Of a stretch of DNA of 32,000 nucleotides, positions 1 through 6,993 are shown piece by piece (the first letter of the stretch is position 1; the number at the start of each line of letters is the position of its first letter). This DNA is from Cupriavidus necator (GTDB lineage Bacteria > Pseudomonadota > Gammaproteobacteria > Burkholderiales > Burkholderiaceae): contig NZ_CP066018.1 in assembly GCF_016127575.1 (NCBI RefSeq), forward strand, positions 3,810,001 to 3,842,000. Direction: 5' to 3'. The notes beneath the pieces are model-generated. The model did not search any database. It had not been told where the DNA came from and was given only the letters and a program-made list of their open reading frames with translations. A program made the position numbers and the translations under genes.

Positions 1-2
1 TG

Positions 3-323
3 GTGCCGGACGTCGCCGAGGCGGCGGTGGTGCCGGTGGCCGACGAGGTCAAGGGCAAGGTGCCTGATCTCTATGTATCGCTCAAGCCGGGACTGTCGCC
101 CTCCATCAAGATCGCGAACAAGGTCTCGGCCGCGGTGGTATCCCAGATTGGCGCGATTGCGCGTCCGCATCGGGTCGTGATCGTCCCCGACATGCCCAAG
201 ACACGCTCGGGCAAGATCATGCGCCGCGTGCTGGCGGCGATCTCCAACCACCAGGAGCCTGGCGACGTATCCACGCTTGCCAATCCGGAGGTCGTCGAGA
301 AGATCAGGGAGCTGGCGACATAG
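3..323 (+). CDS. AMP-forming acyl/acetyl-CoA synthetase, C-terminal fragment (5' end lies outside the window)
   Basis: The ORF is open from the window edge. It carries the C-terminal signature PKTRSGKIMRRVL followed by STLANPEVVEKI, typical of the acetate--CoA ligase family. Stop at 321-323. Confidence 0.75.
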   Translation: MPDVAEAAVVPVADEVKGKVPDLYVSLKPGLSPSIKIANKVSAAVVSQIGAIARPHRVVIVPDMPKTRSGKIMRRVLAAISNHQEPGDVSTLANPEVVEKIRELAT

Positions 324-336
324 GACGGCACGCCGC

Positions 337-3066
337 TCACTTCCGCTCATCGGCAGCCCCTGCCCCGAGCGCCTCGAGCAGCGGCCGCAAGGCATCGAGC
401 TCCGCGCCAAAGCCGCTCCAGTCCCCCGCCTTCAAACGCTCGACGGCGCGGTCATAGTGCGCGAGTGCTTCGCGCGCGCGGGCGTTCGCTGCGCCCTGCG
501 CCGGAATCGCCGCCGGCGCGGATTCCTTGAACAGGGCCGCAAGCGCTGCGCCCAGGGTGTCCTCCATGACCACGCGATCGCCATAGGCGGCGATCACCCG
601 CTTGAGTTCGGGCAACTGGCCGGACTCCGCACGCAGGTAGAGCGGCGAGACATAGAGGATGGAGTTCTCGATCGGCACGACCTGCAGATGGCCGCGGATG
701 ACGCGCGAGCCCATCTGGTTCCACAGCGAAATCTGCTGCGAGATCTCGGTATTCTGCTGGATGCGCGCCTCGATCTGGAACGGCCCGTAGACCAGCTTTT
801 CCTTGGGGAAGGTGTAGGCGACGAGCTTGCCGTAGTTGGGGGGATCGGAGCGCGCAGCCAGCCAGGCGATCATGTTCTCGCGCTGGCTCGGCACCATCGG
901 CAGCATCAGGACGAACTCGGCGCGCGGTTCGTCCGGCAGCCGCAGGATCATGTAGTAGGGCATCATCCGCGCGGCGGGCGTGTTCCCTGTGCTCATGCCG
1001 GTCAGCTGGCGAGGAAACTCCCACAGATCCTCGCGGTTATAGAAGACTTCTGCCGCTTCCATGTGGTAGGCGCGGTAGATCCGCGCCTGGATCAGGAACA
1101 GGTCCTCAGGGTAGCGGATATGCCGCTGCAGGTCCTGCGACATGGCGCCCAGCGGCCTGAACATGCCCGGGAAGATGCGCTGGTACACCTGCACGATCGG
1201 ATCGGCCGGGTCGCTGGTGTAGAAGTCGACCGTGCCGTTGTACGCATCGATCACGACCTTGACGGCGTTGCGGATGTAGTTGGCGCCGCCACCGGTGCCG
1301 GGCTGCGAATAAGGGAACCAGCGGCTGGTAGTGTAGGCGTCCTGGATCCAGTAGAGGCGACCATCGCTCACGACCACATAGGGGTCATGGTCGAGGCTGA
1401 GGAACGGCGCAATCGTGCGCACGCGGTTCCGGATATTGCGATGGAGCAGGATGCGGCTTTCCTGCGTGATGTAGCCGCTCAGCAGGATATTGGGATCGCC
1501 GAGATGCCAGGCGAACAGGGTCCGGCGCGCAATGCCGCCGATTCCGATGCCGTCGCGCCCGCGATAGGCCGTATAGACGTTGTCCTTGCCCTTGGGGTAG
1601 TCGAACTCGGGCACGCTGCCTTTGACGATGACATAGCCTTTGCCGCCTTCACCGAAATAGAGGCGCGGCTCCTGGATGACCGGGCCGCCGTCGGAGAGCG
1701 GGGGAATGTCATGCAGATAGAGCGAGGGCAGGCCTTCGGCGGATTTCTCGGTGACCGGCGACATCACCACGCCATTGCCATGGGTGAACAACAGATGCAG
1801 GTTCACCCAGGTCTGGGCATTGGCCGGAATCAGTGCCGGCTCAAGCTCCCGCGCCGACAGCATGACCTGCTGGTAGCCAGCGCCGAGCTGGTAGCGGTCG
1901 ATGTCCGTCGCGAGGAACTTGTAATAGGTCCTGATCTCCTGCAGCTGCGCATAGGTATCGCGCAGCGGCTGCAGGTCCCACAGGCGGATGTTGTCGATGG
2001 TCGGCCGATTGGCCTGGAGCGCGGCGAGATTCAGGTTCTGTTCGACCGGAAACGGCTTTACCTCGATCTGCGTCAAGCCATAGGCCTCGCGCGTCAGCGC
2101 AATATTGTGTTGGAGATACGGTGTCTCGAGTTGCAGCTCGTTCGGCTTGACATAGAAACGCTGGAACAGTGCCGGCCAGATCGTGCCGAGCACGATTGCG
2201 CTACCGACCACCAGCAGCGCCGCGGCCGCAGGCACCCGGTAGTCCCGCCAGCGCATATTGGCCCACGAAGCGGCGGCAGCCGCGGCAGCCAGGCCGACTT
2301 GCAGCCACAGGACCGGCAGCCCGACATGGACATCGGTATAGCTCGCGCCGACCACGACGCCGTTGTCGCCGTAGAGCAGCATGAAGCGGTCGAGCCAGTA
2401 GGACCACGCCTGCAGCGCGAAGAACAAGCCGAGCAATGCCGATCCATGGGTAGCGGCCGCCGGCGAAAGCCCGCGCGGCGACCGGACCAGCGCGATGTCG
2501 CCGCGCAAGCCATAGACCACGCCGGCAAGCACTGCGCTGCAGCCCAGCAGCAGAAGCAGCCAGTTCCTCAGTGCAAGATACGCCGGCAGCGTGAAGAAGT
2601 AGAAACCGATGTCCTTGGCGAAGATCGGATCGGTCTTGCCGAAAGGCACCTGATGAAAATAGCGCAGCGCAATGGCCCAGCTCGACAGTTCACCGACGGC
2701 CATGAGCAGCCCCACCAGGACGGCGACGCCGGCAATGGCGGCGCGCCAGGGGACGCGCGCCGCAATCTCGCCAACCGGCTGGCCCAGGACCTCCGGCCTC
2801 CAGGCCTGCGCCTGGCTCGCGCTGCGGTGCGCCAGCCAGCCCGATAGCCAGAGCGCGCCTGCCGAAACGGCGAATACGGCAAGGAACAGCAGCGCCTGGG
2901 TGAGGAAGATCGTGCGGAAAACCCCGGCGTAGCCAACCGAGGCAAACCACATCCAGTCAACAACGAGGCCGGTGACGCGACTGACGGCGATCAGCGCGAC
3001 GATGACGGCAACAACCCAGGTCGCAAGGCGTCCCAGGCGCGTGGCGTCCCTCGCTGGCGAGCGCAT
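337..3066 (-). CDS. UPF0182-family large integral membrane protein (909 aa)
   Basis: The N-terminal third has multiple hydrophobic helices and the rest is a long soluble region. The opening GLVVDWMWFASVGYAGVF resembles the conserved UPF0182 N-terminus. AAGGAG lies 8 nt upstream of ATG 3066. The gene converges on the previous gene with a 13-nt gap. Confidence 0.7.
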   Translation of the reverse strand: MRSPARDATRLGRLATWVVAVIVALIAVSRVTGLVVDWMWFASVGYAGVFRTIFLTQALLFLAVFAVSAGALWLSGWLAHRSASQAQAWRPEVLGQPVGEIAARVPWRAAIAGVAVLVGLLMAVGELSSWAIALRYFHQVPFGKTDPIFAKDIGFYFFTLPAYLALRNWLLLLLGCSAVLAGVVYGLRGDIALVRSPRGLSPAAATHGSALLGLFFALQAWSYWLDRFMLLYGDNGVVVGASYTDVHVGLPVLWLQVGLAAAAAAASWANMRWRDYRVPAAAALLVVGSAIVLGTIWPALFQRFYVKPNELQLETPYLQHNIALTREAYGLTQIEVKPFPVEQNLNLAALQANRPTIDNIRLWDLQPLRDTYAQLQEIRTYYKFLATDIDRYQLGAGYQQVMLSARELEPALIPANAQTWVNLHLLFTHGNGVVMSPVTEKSAEGLPSLYLHDIPPLSDGGPVIQEPRLYFGEGGKGYVIVKGSVPEFDYPKGKDNVYTAYRGRDGIGIGGIARRTLFAWHLGDPNILLSGYITQESRILLHRNIRNRVRTIAPFLSLDHDPYVVVSDGRLYWIQDAYTTSRWFPYSQPGTGGGANYIRNAVKVVIDAYNGTVDFYTSDPADPIVQVYQRIFPGMFRPLGAMSQDLQRHIRYPEDLFLIQARIYRAYHMEAAEVFYNREDLWEFPRQLTGMSTGNTPAARMMPYYMILRLPDEPRAEFVLMLPMVPSQRENMIAWLAARSDPPNYGKLVAYTFPKEKLVYGPFQIEARIQQNTEISQQISLWNQMGSRVIRGHLQVVPIENSILYVSPLYLRAESGQLPELKRVIAAYGDRVVMEDTLGAALAALFKESAPAAIPAQGAANARAREALAHYDRAVERLKAGDWSGFGAELDALRPLLEALGAGAADERK

Positions 3067-3224
3067 CGATCATGCTCCTTTGCCGCACCGTCGTCCGTGA
3101 CCCGGCTACTCGGGCTGCCTGCCCATATCAGCATATATGCGTTCGCTGCACAGCGCACGGGGTACGCCACCCTGGCCCGGCCGTGGCGTCGTTGGCGAGC
3201 ACCCATTCACCCTGCCCGGCCTGA

Positions 3225-3300
3225 TGTGAGCATATGATTCTCAAAATTCAACCAATCCAGGAATAGAATTACAATCTCCGGCGACATTGAACGACAATTC
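3225..3300. promoter_or_regulatory. AT-rich core of the divergent intergenic region between the UPF0182 gene and the cupin gene
   Basis: The 291-nt intergenic region (3067-3357) separates divergent starts. Positions 3231-3300 are conspicuously AT-rich (catatgattctcaaaattcaaccaatccaggaatagaattacaat...) against a ~67% GC background. No specific promoter hexamers could be assigned with confidence. Confidence 0.3.
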
Positions 3301-3357
3301 GCATGCCTGTGCTCCGGCCCGCAAATATCATGGACACGTACCCAGAACAAGACCAAG

Positions 3358-3942
3358 GTGCCTGCCATGCCGACCGGATCTCCCCTGACTGCCGCCCCTC
3401 CGGCAACTCTCCCGCATCTGCCCCCGCCAGCCGCGCCGCTCGACCAGCTGGCGCTCAACCTCGAGGCCACCTTCGCCCACAGCGCGCGCATGGTGGCCGG
3501 CCACATCGCCACGCACCTGCCGGACACCGACACGCTGCTTGCAACACTGCCGCCAGGCGCCCTGCTCGGCAAGCCGGATTCCTATGCCCGCCACCTGGTC
3601 CATGCCGACCCGCTGGAGCGCTTCTCGGCGATGGTGCTGGTCTGGCGCCCGGGCCAGGCCAGCCCCGTGCACGGCCATCGCACCTGGTGTGCCTACCGCG
3701 TGCTGCGCGGCACGCTAAGCGAGCAGCACTACCGGTGGGATCCCGCCAGCCGGCAGGCGCGCCATGCCAACACCGTCGCGCGCACGGCCGGCGATACCTT
3801 CAGCGTGCCGGCCGGGCTGCAGCATATCCATGCGCTGGGCAATGCCAGCGACGAGATCGCCGTGTCCCTGCACCTCTATGGCGTGCACCGCGACCACATT
3901 GCCACCGGCGTGAACCTGCTGGTGCCGACCGCCGACGCCTAG
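3358..3942 (+). CDS. Cysteine dioxygenase type I-like cupin (thiol dioxygenase family)
   Basis: The motif VWRPGQASPVHGHRTWCAYRVLRGTLSE matches the W-x-PGQ-x-(S/T)P-(I/V)H-x-H...VL-x-G-x-L-x-E pattern of bacterial CDO / 3-mercaptopropionate dioxygenases. The ORF track starts at GTG 3358. ATG 3367 is an alternative start, with AAGG 10 nt upstream. Confidence 0.55.
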   Translation: MPAMPTGSPLTAAPPATLPHLPPPAAPLDQLALNLEATFAHSARMVAGHIATHLPDTDTLLATLPPGALLGKPDSYARHLVHADPLERFSAMVLVWRPGQASPVHGHRTWCAYRVLRGTLSEQHYRWDPASRQARHANTVARTAGDTFSVPAGLQHIHALGNASDEIAVSLHLYGVHRDHIATGVNLLVPTADA

Positions 3943-4008
3943 GTTTTGCCGCGCGTAGCCGCGCCGCATGCGGGCGCCGGCCCACCCTCACCTGAACCGC
4001 TACGCGCC

Positions 4009-4467
4009 ATGGACCGCTACGACAAACAGATTCTCGCCATCCTGCAGGAAGACGCCACCGTGCCGGTGGCAGAGATCGGCGAACGCGTCGGCCTGACCTC
4101 GACGCCATGCTGGCGCCGGATCCAGCGGCTGGAAGACGCCGGCCTGATCCGCAAACGCGTGGCACTGCTCGACGCCGACAAGCTCAATGCCGGGGTCACG
4201 GTCTTTGTCTCGGTCCGCACCAGCCAGCACAACGTGAAATGGCTGGCGCAGTTCCACGGGCTGGTGGCATCGATCCCGGAAGTGACCGAGTTCTACCGCA
4301 TGGCCGGCGATACGGACTACCTGCTGCGCGTGGTGGTGCCGGATATTGCCGCCTACGACCGCGTCTACAAGAAGCTGATCCAGGGCGCCGAGCTGGCCGA
4401 CGTCAGTTCCAGCTTTGCGATGGAGCAGATCAAGTACACCACGGCGCTGCCGCTCGATTATGCGTAG
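4009..4467 (+). CDS. Lrp/AsnC-family transcriptional regulator
   Basis: MDRYDKQILAILQEDATVPVAEIGERVGLTSTPCWRRIQRLEDAGLI is a canonical AsnC-type HTH, followed by an RAM/ACT-like ligand domain (VFVSVRT...EFYRMAGDTDYLLRVVV). I moved the start to ATG 4009 because the 21 upstream codons of the track ORF are Pro/Ala/Gly junk. Confidence 0.9.
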   Translation: MDRYDKQILAILQEDATVPVAEIGERVGLTSTPCWRRIQRLEDAGLIRKRVALLDADKLNAGVTVFVSVRTSQHNVKWLAQFHGLVASIPEVTEFYRMAGDTDYLLRVVVPDIAAYDRVYKKLIQGAELADVSSSFAMEQIKYTTALPLDYA

Positions 4468-4636
4468 GCCGGCACCGGCCAGCTAAGCCACGTTCGCGCT
4501 GCCACCGCCGATTAGCGTGGCACCGCACCGGGTGCGGTCCCCATGCAGTGCTGCGGGTTGCCCATCGACATCCATGCCGGAACTCGCGTCAACGACCGGC
4601 TACGTTGTACATCGCAGGCAGTGTGAAAGGCTTGTG

Positions 4637-4939
4637 TCACTGCTCGGTCCAACGCGCCTGGTCCCAGTTGCTGGCAAAGTAATGAAGTATTTCGCGCCAT
4701 GCGAAGAGGCCCGCATGCTCGTGGAGGTAGTCAAGCTCAGCGGCTTCCAGGCGGTCGATGGGAAGCCCACTCGCCCAGGCATGAATCCCAGTATCATCCG
4801 TCCCCCAGGGGTTGGTGAGGGTAACTCCCTGAGCAAGACTCTTAGTGCCGACGTATCCGAGGGCGTTGCCATCGGGCTTGTTTCGTTGGCTCGCATTGTC
4901 AGTTCCTTTGACTGGATGCTGATGTTTCCTTCGCTTCAT
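4637..4939 (-). CDS. Hypothetical 100-aa protein, last gene of the islet operon
   Basis: A strong SD (GGAGG) lies 9 nt upstream of ATG 4939; the track ORF starts two codons earlier at TTG 4945. The amino-acid composition looks natural (MKRRKHQHPVKGTDNAS...WREILHYFASNWDQARWTEQ). It begins 26 nt after the stop of the upstream membrane-protein gene. I recognise no family. Confidence 0.5.
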   Translation of the reverse strand: MKRRKHQHPVKGTDNASQRNKPDGNALGYVGTKSLAQGVTLTNPWGTDDTGIHAWASGLPIDRLEAAELDYLHEHAGLFAWREILHYFASNWDQARWTEQ

Positions 4940-4965
4940 TCGCAACTTCCTCCACGTCCCATGAC

Positions 4966-5978
4966 TTAGACATGGTGGTTGCCGTCTTCAATGCCAGGCC
5001 TGGCATCCGGGCCGTTCGGCACACCGATGAACTCGTCGGCATGGGGACGCGCATAAGGGTCGTTGGGTGTGGGCCTGCACGCCGCCTCAATCTCGGGAGG
5101 CCACACGGGATCGCTGCAAGTTACCAGCGTGAGCCATCGGAATGTCGCATCCAGCAAGATCATCGGCAGGAAGATCAGATCACCAGCAGACCTGAGGTCG
5201 CCCCTGCAGATCTTGAAGCCCTCCCAAAAGCCCTCTCGTGGAGCCCAAAAAAACTTCGGTTCAGGCAGGTTGGCGGGACCGTCTTGCATATAACGTCGGT
5301 AGTATTCCCACTGCTGCTGGGCCTGTTCCAGCATGAACATCTGCTGCCCGAGAACGAAGGCACGAACCACATTACCGTCCGCGTCCAACTTGTAATGGCG
5401 TATGTCATACATCTCATAGCTACGCGACAAGCCACCCATCTTGCTGACGCCCACGCAGAAGAACTCTTCGTTGCTCCATGGCACCTCCCATACACCGTCC
5501 CCCCTTTCGTGCGCATGGCATAGATGCGGTGGGTTCTTCGGTTCAGCCGGATCGGACGCCGCTTCAACGTGAAGAGGTTTCGTCGCATCGACTCAGCGGC
5601 GATGAAGCCAAAGAAGCCGGTTGCCGAAGCCATCATGATGAGACCAATCAACATAGCAGGCCAGTACCCCGGGCGTCCTACCACTTCTGGTGAGTCATTC
5701 TTGAACCCGGAAATGATCATCGCGAAGCCGAGGAAACTGAGCGTCGCAAAAGCTAGGCCCAAGACCCAACTCTGACCGATCATCTGGATTCTTTTTTGCG
5801 ACTCATCGATGATTTCCAAACAGGTCGAACCTATGCTGTAGACGTTGCCGATTTCATCGGCGACTTCGCTGGACGGCCTATCGATGTACAAGCGGTGCTG
5901 CAACTGCCATGTTCCAGGCGGTCTTCCCTTCTCGCGAAAGTAAAGTGGAATGCGTTCATCCTTGGTCGGGAGCTTCAT
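4966..5978 (-). pseudogene. Two-TM membrane protein (about 337 aa if repaired), interrupted by a 1-nt frameshift in a C6/G6 run
   Basis: The track ORFs 5175..5978 and 4966..5484 overlap in different frames. The sensible sequence is the N-terminal part of the first (two hydrophobic helices, WVLGLAFATLSFLGFAMIISGF and WPAMLIGLIMMASATGFFGFIAA, then RRPIRLNRRTHRIYAMRTKGG) joined to the whole of the second (DGVWEVPWSNEEFFCVGVSK...). The frames meet at the coding-strand G6 run (plus strand CCCCCC, 5499-5504). Its ATG overlaps the upstream stop as ATGA at 5975-5978. Confidence 0.6.
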
Positions 5979-6734
5979 TTCTTGGCATCCTCGCTAACCT
6001 TAATGTCAAGTTGAAGAAACTCTGCCCATTCCTTCTCCATGGTGGTGTAGCGTTCGCCATTCGCTTGCTTGCTGAAATGGCAGCGCGTGGCCCATTTGAG
6101 CGTGGCCGGGTCGTCCAGGATCGCGATCCTCACGTTCACCGCGAAGAGTACGACCAGGAGAGGCCAAACCGGAGTGCCAACGAGAATTAGTTCTGCAGAG
6201 ATTAGCGCGGCGGTGCTGGTGTCGCTTACTCTTGTCCAGCACGGCTTCATAGGGCGCCCAAGCCGCATCGCCGGCTGCCTTTTTCCTCGCAAGGCGAGTC
6301 GCTTCACGCTCCGCATCTTCGCGCTTCCATCGCTCGGCCGTCGCTTTTCCATTAAACAGAACCGACATGAGTTCGTAAGCCGGAAATCCATCCGGCGTGG
6401 TCTTCATGCGCTCAGCCTCGGCCGCCGCGGCCTCCGCCTCTTTTGTGTGCTGCGCCTCGGCGCTGGCCCGGATGTTCGATTCAAGACGATCCAGCAAAAA
6501 GTCCGTAGACTGATCCCAGATGACCGCGTTGTTCGCCTTCGGGTGCATCTTGGGATTGGTCAGGATGCTCAGGTCCTCGATAATCGCCAGCGGGTCGTTG
6601 CATGCCAGCATCAGTGCCTTGCCGGGCGAAATCTGCTCCATCCGATCCGCAAGCATCGAACCGCTTATGGGGCCAATCGGAGCAATCTCGCCCAGGTTAA
6701 TGGCGGGCATATCGGCAATCCCGCGCATTGACAC
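5975..6734 (-). pseudogene. Toxin/effector-like fragment with a C-terminal hydrophobic segment; frameshifted and lacking a credible N-terminus
   Basis: The frame of ORF 6006..6734 reads sensibly up to ...AAGDAAWAPYEAVLDKS and then becomes Arg/His junk. The frame of ORF 5975..6391 is junk at first, then reads SDTSTAALISAELILVGTPVWPLLVVLFAVNV...EKEWAEFLQLDIKVSEDAKK. This implies a 1-nt shift near 6215-6235. There is no SD before GTG 6734 or ATG 6728. The frame stays open upstream to a TAG (plus-strand cta, 6912-6914) with no start codon in it. Confidence 0.45.
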
Positions 6735-6993
6735 TTGCTCACATTGCGTGGCTCGCGAGCGACGCCACGGCGCGCACAGAAACGCTTGTGCCAGCGCTTC
6801 CGTCCGCTGACTTGGCGATCGCCCGGCGGAGACCGGCGGCGCCTGAGCGAAACGATATAGCGGCAGTGTGTTTGGGCCAGATCCGGCACCGGCGGAGCGC
6901 CCTCGCGGACACTAGGAAAATGCTGATCAGTGAGCTGGCGCAGGTAATCCAGACCTCGGCATTCGTAATGTGAGAGAAGCAGGCCGCATTTCC

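Larger units (their letters stand above)
4600..6960. other. Lower-GC genomic islet inserted between the Lrp regulator gene and the AspT-type transporter gene
   Basis: Hand counts on 60-nt lines give 5701-5760 = 33/60 GC and 5761-5820 = 25/60 GC. The flanking line 7501-7560 gives 40/60. All three plausible genes are on the minus strand and have no housekeeping motifs. No integrase or transposase is present. Confidence 0.55.

Noticed and set aside
277-2847. An 856-aa plus-strand ORF.
   Set aside because: It is entirely antisense to the UPF0182-like gene. It is Arg/Gly/Asp/Ala-rich with no motifs and no RBS. This is the typical mirror ORF of a high-GC gene.
4522-4538. The hairpin ACCGCAC-CGG-GTGCGGT downstream of the Lrp gene, plus the overlapping TGGCAC sequence as a possible sigma-54 -24 element.
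   Set aside because: The stem is only 7 bp and there is no T/U tract. The GC of a -12 element is not at the required spacing from the GG. I do not call either a terminator or a sigma-54 promoter.
4517-4969. A 150-aa plus-strand ORF in the islet, and other plus-strand islet ORFs (4972..5523, 6069..6731).
   Set aside because: They are antisense to minus-strand ORFs that have an SD, TM helices and coupled start/stop codons. The plus-strand translations are Arg-rich and featureless.
4617-6870. A 9-bp direct repeat GGCAGTGTG at 4617-4625 and 6862-6870, bracketing the low-GC islet. It could be a target-site duplication or att remnant.
   Set aside because: A 9-mer match between two ~150-nt boundary windows is expected by chance at roughly the 5-10% level by my estimate. 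No integrase or inverted repeats accompany it. It is suggestive only.
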